Positions 51,543 to 60,813 of a stretch of DNA of 64,000 bases are shown piece after piece. This DNA comes from Dehalococcoidia bacterium (lineage in GTDB: Bacteria; Chloroflexota; Dehalococcoidia; Lucifugimonadales; G965248475), in contig OZ252106.1 of the NCBI GenBank assembly GCA_965248475.1, forward strand, positions 1,583,640 through 1,647,639. Reading direction: 5' to 3'. The position numbers and the translations under genes are program-made. The notes under the pieces are model-generated. The model did no database searches. It was not told where the DNA came from and saw only the letters and a list, made by a program, of their open reading frames with translations. The first letter of the stretch is position 1; each line of letters starts with the position of its first letter.

Positions 51543-51856
51543 AGCGCGGTGAGGTCTGGTGGGCTAACATGCAGGCGCCGTGGGGACGGCGACCTGTAGT
51601 GCTGTTGTCTCGTGACTCCGCGTACGAGATCCGGGAATCGGTGACTGTGGCCCCTATCACGACAACGATACGCCGAATCTCCGTAGAGGTCCCCCTAGGG
51701 CCAGAGGACGGTATGCCCCGCTCTTGCGTTGCAAATCTTGACAACATCTCCACTGTTGGCAAGAACATCATCCAGGAACCAATCACTGTACTAAGTCTGC
51801 AGAAGCTTCAAGCCGTTGAGGCGGCGATACACTTTGCTTTGGGGATGGAGGAGTAG
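51539..51856 (+). CDS. mazF: MazF/PemK-family endoribonuclease toxin
   Basis: MKRGEVWWANM...RRPVVLLSRD...VTVAPITTT...CVANLDNISTV matches the PemK/MazF fold pattern. Confidence 0.9.
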   Translation: MKRGEVWWANMQAPWGRRPVVLLSRDSAYEIRESVTVAPITTTIRRISVEVPLGPEDGMPRSCVANLDNISTVGKNIIQEPITVLSLQKLQAVEAAIHFALGMEE

Positions 51857-51902
51857 GTGTGGAGAAGGGGATAAGCGTCCGCATGCCAGGCTGCTATCTA
51901 GT

Positions 51903-52577
51903 CTACTGTGTGCGCACATGCTCCCGAGTCGACGAGTCGGCTGGCGAGTATATGAGGGTACCGCTCCAGAGAAGCCGGTAGTAATACTGGTGCACATCGC
52001 CACCGGTTAGCAGGGTCGCCTGGAAGGTGCATGGCCCGACAGCCAAAGCGTCGACTCCCACCGACACGGGAAATCCGCAGAGCTTCTCGGGAACATCCGA
52101 GCCAATGGCTACGTCCCTCATGATCTCAACCTGCAACTCTCCCGTGATAGGGACAGTGGCGGAGATTGTAATCACCGCCTGCACAAACGATCCCACTAAA
52201 ACGGTGATCTGCTGGCCCGAAACTCCTTCGGAAGAAAGCTGGATTGTATGGAGGATAATCTCAACGCTTGGTGTAGACGTTGTGACCGGTATCGGTATGG
52301 CCTTCGGCGTTGCAGTGGGCGTGACGGTGGGTGTGGGAGTTGGCGAGGGTGTAGGGGTTGGCGTGGGCGTGGCAGTAGCGGTGGGTATGGGAGTTGGCGA
52401 GGGTGTGGGGGTTGGCGAGGGCGTAGCAGTGGCGGTTGGAACGGGCTGGGCGGCTAACTGAGTCGCGACCACAGCGGCTACGGTGGCTGCAAAGTCCGGC
52501 TCCGGGGAGCGCGCAGGCACAGCACAAGCAGCCAAGAGGACTGCTGTTCCAATGACTAGAAAGGTCGCTGACCGCAA
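51903..52577 (-). CDS. Lipoprotein with Pro/Thr-rich linker and C-terminal beta domain
   Basis: GGGAGG-6nt-TTG 52577. Signal peptide + lipobox RSATFLVIGTAVLLAAC. Long (T/S)P linker. Confidence 0.7.
   Translation of the reverse strand: MRSATFLVIGTAVLLAACAVPARSPEPDFAATVAAVVATQLAAQPVPTATATPSPTPTPSPTPIPTATATPTPTPTPSPTPTPTVTPTATPKAIPIPVTTSTPSVEIILHTIQLSSEGVSGQQITVLVGSFVQAVITISATVPITGELQVEIMRDVAIGSDVPEKLCGFPVSVGVDALAVGPCTFQATLLTGGDVHQYYYRLLWSGTLIYSPADSSTREHVRTQ
52305..52445. repeat. Imperfect tandem repeats encoding the PT-rich linker
   Basis: GGTGTGGG(A/G)GTTGGCGAGGG units on the plus strand. They translate on the minus strand to PTATATPSPTPTPSPTPIPTATATPTPTPTPSPTPTPT. Confidence 0.8.
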
Positions 52578-52727
52578 TATGAACCTCCCTGAGTCACATT
52601 CTATCCCACCGGCACGTATCCTGCGTCCGACCTCAGGGCACCTCACCCCTTTCACCCTGGCCTAACCCAACTCCGTATGCGACAATATCAAGCCCAATCG
52701 TAGCAACAAACGCCAAAGGGAAAGAAA

Positions 52728-54782
52728 ATGGCGAACCGGCTCAGCAAAGAGACCAGCCCCTACCTCCTACAGCACGCCAACAACCCCGTTGACTGGTACC
52801 CCTGGGGCCAAGAGGCATTCGACCGGGCACGCGCCGAGGACAAGCCCGTTCTCCTGAGCGTCGGCTACGCCGCATGCCACTGGTGCCACGTCATGGAACG
52901 AGAGTCGTTCGAGAACGAGGCAACCGCCAAACTCATGAACGACAACTTTATCGCCATAAAGGTGGACCGGGAGGAGCGCCCGGACGTGGACTCCATCTAC
53001 ATGCAGGCGGTACAGACCCAGACAGGGCGCGGCGGCTGGCCCATGACCGTATTCATGACACCGGAAGGCAGGCCATTCTTCTGCGGCACCTACTTCCCGC
53101 CCCAGGACATGCACAACATGCCCGGCTTCCCCAGTGTGCTGGAGGCCATCGCAAAGATCTATCGCGAACAGCGCGACGAGACGATAGTTTCTGCGGACCA
53201 GCTCACCGAAGAGCTGCGTGGCAGCGCGATCACGTCGCCGGAAACCGAGCCGATAACGCTGCAGGTACTGGTGCGCGCCTACCAGAGCCTGGCTCCAGAG
53301 TACGACAGCGAGCACGGCGGCTTCGGCACCGCACCCAAATTCCCACAGCCGATGGTGTTGGAGTTCCTACTGCGGTACCACGCCCGCGCCGCCGACGCCC
53401 AGGCTCTGGCTATGACCGAATTCACACTGGACAAGATGGCACGCGGCGGCATGTACGACCAGCTCGGCGGGGGGTTCCATCGCTACTCCACCGACCCATT
53501 CTGGCTTGTCCCACACTTCGAAAAGATGCTATACGACAACGCACTGCTCAGCCGTGTCTACCTTCACGCCTACCAGGCAACCGGCAACCCAGAGCATAGT
53601 CGCATCGTCGAAGAGACGCTGGACTACGTGCTCCGCGAGATGACCAGCCCGGAAGGCGGCTTCTACTCCACACAGGACGCGGACAGCGAGGGCGAGGAGG
53701 GCAAATTCTTCCTCTGGACGCCCCAGGAGATTGAGGAGGTGGTAGGCGAACGCGAAGCCGCCCCTTTCAACCTCTACTACGACGTCACGGCCGAGGGCAA
53801 CTTTGAGGGACGCACCATACTCCGCATCATCGAAGACCGAGACGATGTGGCAGAGAGCCTGGACGTCACAGGGACTGAGCTGGCAGAGATCGTCAAGGAG
53901 ACAGCCCAGAATCTGCTCGCCCACCGTCAGACCCGGGTGGCGCCAGCCAGGGACGAAAAGGTGCTCACGGCCTGGAACGGCATGATGCTCCGCACCTTTG
54001 CCGAGTCTGCCGCCACGCTGCACCGCGCCGACTACCTGGATGCGGCGGTGCGAAACGCCTCCTTCCTTCTGGACACCATGCGACCCGCTAATGGCCGTCT
54101 TCTGCGGACATACAAGGACGGCGAGGCGAAGCTGAATGCATACCTGGAGGACTACGCCCATCTTGCCGACGGCCTGCTGGCCCTGCACGAGGCCACCCTG
54201 GACATACGCTGGCTCCAGGAGGCCACTACGCTGGCCGACGCTATGCTGGAGCTGTTCTGGGACGAGGACGAGCAGGGTTTCTACGATACTGGACTCGACC
54301 ACGAGGAGCTGATCCTGCGGCCCAGGGACCTGTGGGACAACGCAACGCCCAGTGGCAGCTCCGTTGCCACGGATGTATTGCTAAGGCTGTCCATACTGAC
54401 AGGCAACCAGGAGTACAACCGCCGCGCCGCCGCAGTACTTCGCTCCATGAAGGTTGTCCTGCCCCGTGCGCCCGCGGGCTTCAGCCACTGGCTCTGCGCC
54501 CTGGACTTCCACCTGTCCACGCCCAGTGAGATCGCCATTGTCGGGCCGAGAGACGACGACGCCACCCAGGCGCTGCTGGACGAGGTGTACAGCCGCTACC
54601 TGCCAAACAAAGTCCTCACTGGCTTCGATCCCGCCCAGCCAGACGGCGCATACGAGCTGCCCCTGCTGGAAGACAAGTACATGGTGAATGACATGCCTAC
54701 CGCCTTCGTGTGCCAGAACTACGCCTGCCAGCTACCCGCCACGGAGCCACAGGCGCTGGCGGAGCAGCTTACCGAGGGGTAG
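52728..54782 (+). CDS. Thioredoxin-domain protein YyaL (DUF255 + (alpha/alpha)6 barrel)
   Basis: [18 protein letters not shown]...[14 protein letters not shown]-terminal DUF255 signature. 684 aa. Confidence 0.92.
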   Translation: MANRLSKETSPYLLQHANNPVDWYPWGQEAFDRARAEDKPVLLSVGYAACHWCHVMERESFENEATAKLMNDNFIAIKVDREERPDVDSIYMQAVQTQTGRGGWPMTVFMTPEGRPFFCGTYFPPQDMHNMPGFPSVLEAIAKIYREQRDETIVSADQLTEELRGSAITSPETEPITLQVLVRAYQSLAPEYDSEHGGFGTAPKFPQPMVLEFLLRYHARAADAQALAMTEFTLDKMARGGMYDQLGGGFHRYSTDPFWLVPHFEKMLYDNALLSRVYLHAYQATGNPEHSRIVEETLDYVLREMTSPEGGFYSTQDADSEGEEGKFFLWTPQEIEEVVGEREAAPFNLYYDVTAEGNFEGRTILRIIEDRDDVAESLDVTGTELAEIVKETAQNLLAHRQTRVAPARDEKVLTAWNGMMLRTFAESAATLHRADYLDAAVRNASFLLDTMRPANGRLLRTYKDGEAKLNAYLEDYAHLADGLLALHEATLDIRWLQEATTLADAMLELFWDEDEQGFYDTGLDHEELILRPRDLWDNATPSGSSVATDVLLRLSILTGNQEYNRRAAAVLRSMKVVLPRAPAGFSHWLCALDFHLSTPSEIAIVGPRDDDATQALLDEVYSRYLPNKVLTGFDPAQPDGAYELPLLEDKYMVNDMPTAFVCQNYACQLPATEPQALAEQLTEG

Positions 54783-55034
54783 CGACCACAGTACTCTTTC
54801 ATCGCCCATCGCCTGTGATTGCGTTTGGGAGCTATCTCCGGGCGCAAGCCTATGTTGGCACACGTACCATTGCCGACTTAATATCCGTCGTAGGGGTATG
54901 ATTCAAATGTCGTTTATGATCAGCCAATGGCAAGCACCTGGCGATGTTGGAGGCCGCATGACTGGCGAAGCGTCCAGGCTCCAACCACGTAGACTGCCAC
55001 TAAGGCCAAGCAGCTCGGGGCTTGAAATAGCACT

Positions 55035-55352
55035 ATGAGCGGAATAACTGCGGGCTGGATACTGCTGGCCATTGGCGGGTCCATCGGTCTTCTAAACTTC
55101 CATCTCTCATTCACCCGATATCTCTACCACCGTCTTCGGCGACGTCGAGAGGAATACCATTTCATATCCAGGTTTCCGTTAATCGGCTCACTTCTTTGCC
55201 TGCTCTCGATCCCGTTTTTCCCCACACCATCCGTTCCACAGCTCATTGCAATAATCGCTGCGCTCGTCGATACCGCCGGGATACACTGGCTATTTGGTGC
55301 ATTTTTGTGGGATCTGTGGGACCGGCTACGTGGGACCGATTCAACCAACTAA
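55035..55352 (+). CDS. Small membrane protein encoded within the insertion after yyaL
   Basis: 105 aa, 3 hydrophobic helices. Lies between the two copies of the yyaL 3' end. Confidence 0.5.
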   Translation: MSGITAGWILLAIGGSIGLLNFHLSFTRYLYHRLRRRREEYHFISRFPLIGSLLCLLSIPFFPTPSVPQLIAIIAALVDTAGIHWLFGAFLWDLWDRLRGTDSTN

Positions 55353-55375
55353 TAGGCAACGCTGCTGGAGGACAG

Positions 55376-55480
55376 GTACATGGTGGATGACAGGCCCGCC
55401 GCCTTCGTGTGCCAGAACTACGCCTGCCAGATGCCCGCCACGGAGCCACAGGCGCTGGCGGAACACTTACCGAGGGGTAA
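55376..55480 (+). pseudogene. Displaced duplicate of the yyaL 3' end
   Basis: About 90% identical to 54677..54782. Encodes [29 protein letters not shown], then a 1-nt deletion shifts the last codons. Confidence 0.85.
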
Positions 55481-55548
55481 CAGCTATGGATGCCGGAATT
55501 ATACTCAATTGGATACTGAATAGGCCGGACTCCCGCGCCTGAGCCAGC

Positions 55549-56787
55549 CTATCGCGCCGGGCCAGCCCTAAGATGAGCGGCCCACCGGGTCAGCCAGTAG
55601 GCAGCTAGCCCCGCGCCTGCGCCGACGGCCATGTTGCCGAACGGCATGAGCACCACCAAACCCACCAGGCCCACCACCGCCAGATGTGGCAGGGAGCTCA
55701 CCTTCAGCCCTAACAGCAGGTGCTGCGCGCCCACGTATATGAGCAGCGCGCCGAGCACGGCGTAGGGCATCAGGCTGCGTACATCCAGGGCAGACAGGCC
55801 GAATAGAAGGGCAACCAGTATGAGCACCAAGCCGATCACGGTGGTCGCAACGGGTGTTCTGGCGCCTGTACGGTAGTGCGCGGTCAAGCCGCCGGAGCCG
55901 TGGCACATGGGCAGACCACCTACCAGACCGGCCCACAGGTTACCTGCGGCGATGCTGAGGCTGGTACGGACGGGTGTAACACGTGCAGAATCCGGCCCAA
56001 AGTATGTACGGGCGGTGTCCACAGTGGCGACAACGGAGTTGGTAAGTGTGAGCGGTAGCTGTGGGATAACCAGCATCACCAGGGCGGTTTCAAAGTCGGC
56101 CAGAGGCGGCCAGGCCAAAGACATGGGCACCGGGCCAAAGGTGAGGTGCGCCTCGCCATCACCGAGCAGCAGGCCGACCAGCACACCCCCCACAGCCACA
56201 ACAGCCGCGCCGGGAAGCCAGGGCCGCCACAGGAATAGCAGCAGGAGCACCAGGCTGCCGATGCCCACCAACAGGCCCACCGACACATCCAGCCCGCCTA
56301 TGTCCAGGTACCGCTGACCCTCACCGCCGATAAGGAAGGGTTTAGACAGGACCATTTTCACGGCGCTGCGTATCAGCACAAGCCCCAGGGCGAATTGGAC
56401 GCCCCGCACCACAGGCAGAGATATGACGCGTGTCAGGTACTCCACACCCCGAGTGGCGGCCAGCAGGAACATGGCCAGGCTCATCAGAAGTGCACCGGCT
56501 GCGATAACCGAAGGAGTCACCGCCTGGGCAATCGCGATGGCCGAGAATGCCTTGAGGGGCTGCACGGGCATGGGCAGACGGAAGTACCAACCGGCGGCGA
56601 TGTAGGCTATGCCCACTCCCAGAAGCGTGGATGTGGGGTTGATGCCGTTCACCGCGATGAGCGCAGCCTCCAGAGGTATGAGCACCCCCAGGTCGGCGAA
56701 GGCACCGCTGACCTCGCTACGGGTCAACGCATAGGGGCCAATGCGCACACGAACGGTTCCATGCATACTAGGATTGTCGCATGGCAC
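55549..56787 (-). CDS. Inorganic anion transporter (sulfate/molybdate transporter-like)
   Basis: About 12 TM. EVSGAFADLGVLIPL near the N-terminus resembles the MOT1/SulP-related family. The start may be ATG 56766. Confidence 0.65.
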   Translation of the reverse strand: MPCDNPSMHGTVRVRIGPYALTRSEVSGAFADLGVLIPLEAALIAVNGINPTSTLLGVGIAYIAAGWYFRLPMPVQPLKAFSAIAIAQAVTPSVIAAGALLMSLAMFLLAATRGVEYLTRVISLPVVRGVQFALGLVLIRSAVKMVLSKPFLIGGEGQRYLDIGGLDVSVGLLVGIGSLVLLLLFLWRPWLPGAAVVAVGGVLVGLLLGDGEAHLTFGPVPMSLAWPPLADFETALVMLVIPQLPLTLTNSVVATVDTARTYFGPDSARVTPVRTSLSIAAGNLWAGLVGGLPMCHGSGGLTAHYRTGARTPVATTVIGLVLILVALLFGLSALDVRSLMPYAVLGALLIYVGAQHLLLGLKVSSLPHLAVVGLVGLVVLMPFGNMAVGAGAGLAAYWLTRWAAHLRAGPAR

Positions 56788-56894
56788 GGGCGGGCGAGGC
56801 TACCGCCACAGGGACACGGGTACAGGACTGTGACAAATCCTGCCCAACGGTCTATTATTGTGCAATTCGCGATATCAGACCAAGGCAGGTGAGT

Positions 56895-57128
56895 ATGGTT
56901 ACCTTTACAAAGCCCATCGTATACACCATCAGAGGGTGCGACGCGTGCGTAAAGCTCACTGACAAGTGGGACGCCGAGGGTGTTGAGTACGAAGAGCGAC
57001 GCGCCGACTTGAGCCAGGAGATGATGGACGAGGCGAGAGGGTACGGAGACGTGGTCCCCATAATCCGGTACCCAGACGGAAGGGTTGAAGAGGGTTTCGA
57101 AGGCGGTATCGGCTGCTTCATAGGGTAG
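56895..57128 (+). CDS. Glutaredoxin-like small redoxin
   Basis: ATG 56895 after AAGGCAGGTGAG. IVYTIRGCDACVKL (CxxC) and VPIIRYPDG thioredoxin-fold motif. The track start at 56781 is too far upstream. Confidence 0.75.
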   Translation: MVTFTKPIVYTIRGCDACVKLTDKWDAEGVEYEERRADLSQEMMDEARGYGDVVPIIRYPDGRVEEGFEGGIGCFIG

Positions 57129-57139
57129 TATTGGGCCGC

Positions 57140-57390
57140 TTGCTTCCCACCCACCCACCCTCGGCAGGGCGTGCCCTGCACCCAAGATTCTCTACCGCTG
57201 GTGAGGACTTGCCCCTAAGCCACAACGGGAAGTCCTGGTCTGGGCGATGCCCAGGGGAGGACACCTCCTCCGACTTTGTCCCGACACATCGGGATGAGCG
57301 AAGTGCCGACTCGGTCGAGCACTCGCGATGGAATCGGAGCCTCATCGGACCTTTTAGACCCCTGGTCCCGACCAGTCGGGACACCCTCCT
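57140..57390. repeat. Intergenic palindromic repeat element, copy C (largest)
   Basis: Contains TCCCACCCACCCAC, GGCAGGGCGTGCCCTGCACCCA, CCTAAGCCACAAC, TCCCGAcacaTCGGGA and GTCCCGACcaGTCGGGACACCC. These modules are shared, and partly inverted, relative to copies A and B. Confidence 0.8.
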
Positions 57391-57458
57391 GTAGTTGGGA
57401 CAATTTTGTCAAAAGCCGAGGATATCTAGTCTCAGTGCCAAGCCGGCTCAGCAGCCAC

Positions 57459-58550
57459 CTACCTCTCTATCTGCACCCACCCGTCGCTGCCCGAAGAGTC
57501 GCGGACCGCATCCAGCACCTGCTGGCAACGGAAGCCATCGTAGAAGTTGGGCCCCGGCGAAGTCCCGGACTCCACGCCTTGGATGAAGCGTCTTAGCAGT
57601 AGACGAAAAGCCATGAGCCGACCGTCCCGCTCATCGTCAAAGGGACGGAAACGTTCCGGCATAGGCAACTCCCGCACCTCAGGGCCGTTATCGAAGTTTG
57701 CCCCCAGCACCGTGCCGTCCGGCGGTGGATTCATCCCCGGTTGAGGCGTTATCAGAGTACCACTAGAGCCGTAGACCTCTATGCGTGCGCCGGGACCGAA
57801 CGGTGCCGCTGTGCTACCTGACATAGAGGCCCAGGCACCACTCTCAAATCGCAACATGAACCCGAACGCATCATCGGTGTCCGAGCTAGCGGCCTGCCCA
57901 CTTTCGGGGTCCAGCCGGTCCGTGTCGTGGGTAAAAACACCACCCTTAACGGCGGTGACCTCTCCGCACCAGTACCTCAGGCCGTCTATGTAGTGGGAGC
58001 CCAGGGCACCCAGGAACCCTCCACCCTCAGAGGCCCGGCTGCCCCAGGCCATAGGACGCGGGCCACGAGCCTGAGTGGGGCCCGCAAACAGAGTGGTATG
58101 CACGAAGCGAAGGTCGCCCACATACCCCTGCTCCAGCAACTCCTTAACGTAAGCCCGCGCTGGCGCGAACCGGAACTCGTGGGAAACCATTGCGGTGAGT
58201 CCGGTAGCCTCGGCCTTCTGCCACATCTCCCTGGCCTGACCCTGATCCATGGCAAACGGCTTCTCGCAGATCACGTGCTTCCCCGCACCCATCGCCGCAA
58301 TCGCCATCTCATGGTGCAACGCGGGCGGTGTCACGATGCTCACGGCGTCTATATCGGCCTCTTGCAGCATCTTGCGATAGTCGGTATAGGCCGCTGGAAT
58401 GTTGAAGTCGGCAGCTGCCTTATCGACGCGCTCCTGGCGACGGGCGCACACAGCAGTGACATCCACGCCCTCAGACTGAAAGCCCGGTATCTGCACCACG
58501 GTGCCGAATCCGACACCGATTACGCCTATGCGCAGTGGGGTTGTGGTCAT
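57459..58550 (-). CDS. Gfo/Idh/MocA-family NAD(P)-dependent oxidoreductase
   Basis: LRIGVIGVGFGT Rossmann N-terminus, EKPFA motif. 363 aa. Confidence 0.88.
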   Translation of the reverse strand: MTTTPLRIGVIGVGFGTVVQIPGFQSEGVDVTAVCARRQERVDKAAADFNIPAAYTDYRKMLQEADIDAVSIVTPPALHHEMAIAAMGAGKHVICEKPFAMDQGQAREMWQKAEATGLTAMVSHEFRFAPARAYVKELLEQGYVGDLRFVHTTLFAGPTQARGPRPMAWGSRASEGGGFLGALGSHYIDGLRYWCGEVTAVKGGVFTHDTDRLDPESGQAASSDTDDAFGFMLRFESGAWASMSGSTAAPFGPGARIEVYGSSGTLITPQPGMNPPPDGTVLGANFDNGPEVRELPMPERFRPFDDERDGRLMAFRLLLRRFIQGVESGTSPGPNFYDGFRCQQVLDAVRDSSGSDGWVQIER

Positions 58551-58567
58551 GATCTGCTCCTAACGAA

Positions 58568-59185
58568 CTACAGCTTGCCTTCCCAGTGGGAAATATCGTT
58601 CCACCGCTCCAGCACGGCCCTGTCCTGAGACACCCGCAGGATAGAGATACTGGCGTTATCCAAATAAAACCTGGAACGGAGCGACATTGGGACGCCCAGC
58701 ATGCTCACCGCAAGCGTGAGAAATGCGCCGCCGTGACCAACCAACGCGATGGTCTGGTCTCCAGGGTAGGTCTCCCGCAGCATTCCTGTCAGACCTAACT
58801 GCCTTGCCAGTACGTCAATCAGGCTCTCTCCGTCCGGCGGACTGAACTGTTCGGTTCCCTGCCTCCACCGAGCATACTCCTCAGGGTACTCATCTCGAAT
58901 CTCTTGACGGGTCATGCCCTCCCACCGGCCATAGCTCCTCTCCCGCAGGTCGCTGGTCGGATGTACCTGGATGCCTCGCCCCGTAGCGATCATTTCGGCG
59001 GTATCTCTGGCCCTGGGCAGGTCGCTGCAATGTATGGCATCCAGCTCAGTGTCTTTTAGTCGCTCGGCCAGCAACTGCGCCTGGAGCAGACCTGTTTCGC
59101 TTAGGCCCGTTGGCGTGTGCCCCTGCATCCGGCCTTCAGAGTTCCATTCCGTCTCGCCGTGGCGCACCAGCAGCCATAGAGCCAT
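58568..59185 (-). CDS. Histidine phosphatase family protein (possible alpha-ribazole phosphatase CobC)
   Basis: LVRHGETEWN RHG motif and VGHGG. The CobC suggestion rests only on its position after the B12-riboswitch operon. Confidence 0.75.
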   Translation of the reverse strand: MALWLLVRHGETEWNSEGRMQGHTPTGLSETGLLQAQLLAERLKDTELDAIHCSDLPRARDTAEMIATGRGIQVHPTSDLRERSYGRWEGMTRQEIRDEYPEEYARWRQGTEQFSPPDGESLIDVLARQLGLTGMLRETYPGDQTIALVGHGGAFLTLAVSMLGVPMSLRSRFYLDNASISILRVSQDRAVLERWNDISHWEGKL

Positions 59186-59262
59186 TTCAACCTACCTCTC
59201 AGGACGGGAGGATATCACGGATACGGACACTCTGGCACGACAGGGACGAGCGGCTAGCGCTG

Positions 59263-59727
59263 TTACGGCGTCGCGGGCGGCGGGTTACCGTCCTCGCTAT
59301 ACGATGCGTAGTACCACCCCAGGACATGACCGTCCTTCAAGGAGTAGAGGTCTGCTCCCACAGGCAAAGGCTCCCACTTCTCCTGCGACTCGCTCCAAAC
59401 CCAGACCAGCCAGTAGTTGGGGTCCTGGCCCTCGACACCGAATATGCCCTCCACAAAGTGGCTCCGGAAGGCGGCATAGTAGGTGGCCTGGATATCCCCC
59501 TCAGTCACCAACTCCGTAAACTCATAGGCATCCATGCCCTTGGTCACCTCAACGTCCCGGAACCACTGAGGGTCCTGGCCCTCCTGCTGAATCAGCATAC
59601 TGACCTGTATGGTCTCCGTCTGTACGGCGGGCTCGTCTACGGTACACGCACTCAGGACCGAAAGGGCCACCAGAATGACCAGCGCGCCGGGGAGCAGGAA
59701 GAGCTTGACACTTCTATTGGGAATCAT
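59263..59727 (-). CDS. DUF4430 lipoprotein (transcobalamin-like corrinoid-binding domain)
   Basis: Signal + lipobox LSAC. ..DPNYWLVWVWSESQEKWEPLPVGADLYSLKDGHVLGWYY resembles DUF4430. Confidence 0.7.
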   Translation of the reverse strand: MIPNRSVKLFLLPGALVILVALSVLSACTVDEPAVQTETIQVSMLIQQEGQDPQWFRDVEVTKGMDAYEFTELVTEGDIQATYYAAFRSHFVEGIFGVEGQDPNYWLVWVWSESQEKWEPLPVGADLYSLKDGHVLGWYYASYSEDGNPPPATP

Positions 59728-59746
59728 CGTTATCTACTCTCTCTAT

Positions 59747-60388
59747 CTATCTTCCTATCTTCATCTGGGCCGCTCCCCTGATCAGCAACGGAGCAAAGGC
59801 GCCAAAGAAGAGGAGGTTGCTTGAGACGTGGGCCGCCGTAAAGAAGAGTGCGCCGGGGTTGAAAAGGGCAACCGCCAGCCACCTGCTGTAGTCGGCGGAC
59901 CCGGCCATCTGCGCCCAGACAAAGCCTGTATAGGCGTTGGTAATGCCGTCGTAGACCAGGGTGCACAGCACAGCGACGGCCCCAATGCCGACATTCCTCC
60001 AACCCGGCGCAACACGCAGGTCGGACGGATCAACGAACATTCGCAGAACGGCTCCTGCACCGGCGTACACTATCTCAGCCGTCATCACGGTCACAAGCAG
60101 CGGGCCGGTAGTGGGACCCCAGGGGTTAAGCGTCCCATATGCAACCCAGGCCAGAACGGCCACAGCAGCGCCCCGACGGAAGCCCAGAGTGTAGCCGGCC
60201 ACGAAGACCAGAAGGTCGAACAGCTTGACGTTGGGGAAGCCGGTCAACGCGTAGCTGGTGGCAAGGATAGCGGCCACGAACGCCAGAATAGTCCCGGCGT
60301 CCACCAGCACTCGTGGCGGGTAAAGATAGCGACGCGGCCTAGCGACCGTGGTAAGCGCCTGCTGAGTCCAAATGATTGGGTCTGTCAA
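59747..60388 (-). CDS. ECF-transporter S-component-like membrane protein (candidate corrinoid transporter)
   Basis: GGAGGTG-6nt-TTG 60388. Six TM. First gene after the cobalamin riboswitch. Confidence 0.7.
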   Translation of the reverse strand: MTDPIIWTQQALTTVARPRRYLYPPRVLVDAGTILAFVAAILATSYALTGFPNVKLFDLLVFVAGYTLGFRRGAAVAVLAWVAYGTLNPWGPTTGPLLVTVMTAEIVYAGAGAVLRMFVDPSDLRVAPGWRNVGIGAVAVLCTLVYDGITNAYTGFVWAQMAGSADYSRWLAVALFNPGALFFTAAHVSSNLLFFGAFAPLLIRGAAQMKIGR

Positions 60389-60452
60389 ATCACACCTCCG
60401 TCAACAATAAGTCCGACAATACCGATCCTGGCAAGCCCCTTGCGAAAGGCAA

Positions 60453-60723
60453 CAAAAAACCCGGCTCTACTCAGGCCGGGTATTCACCAGTAATCGGCAG
60501 CTCGTGGGGCGTTGACGAAAAGCTACCGGGGCGTCCTCTGTATGGCGCAGAGTAGAACTCACGCTACCCAGGTAGGTCTCCTGACTCACGGATCGTCACC
60601 CGCCGACGCCTTCCCATCCCGACAGCCAGGACAGTGGCATGATGCCAACAGGCTCCCCGTTTACAGTGGCGCAACCGTGGCGGACTCACACCGCCTTCCC
60701 TTTTCAGCCGGTACAGCACCTGG
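60453..60723 (-). promoter_or_regulatory. Cobalamin (B12) riboswitch with intrinsic terminator
   Basis: P1 CCCAGGU..ACCUGGG. Core AAAAGGGAAGGCGGUGUGAGUCCGCCACGGUUGCGCCACUGUAAACGGGGAG. GCCACUG..GGGAAGGCG. B12 box GAGUCAGGAGACCUACC. Terminator CCCGGC-9nt-GCCGGGUUUUUU at 60479..60453. Confidence 0.9.
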
Positions 60724-60765
60724 GAGCTTCCAATATTCGATTGTTAAGGAATCTCGGATCGGGGC

Positions 60766-60795
60766 CACTATATGCGAGCCAGGCGAGGCGTGTCA
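60766..60795 (-). promoter_or_regulatory. Sigma-70-type promoter upstream of the riboswitch
   Basis: TTGACA (60795..60790), 18-nt spacer, TATAGT (60771..60766). Confidence 0.6.
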
Positions 60796-60813
60796 ACCGC
60801 GGACCTGCCGCTT

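Noticed and set aside
52305-52445. Short tandem repeats that could be mistaken for a CRISPR-like or VNTR array.
   Set aside because: The units are contiguous and imperfect, with no spacers. They translate in frame to a Pro/Thr linker of a lipoprotein.
54783-55375. Calling the yyaL-adjacent insertion a mobile element.
   Set aside because: It has no integrase or transposase and no terminal inverted repeats. Only the flanking duplication supports an insertion history, so it is reported as a finding and not annotated as a mobile_element.
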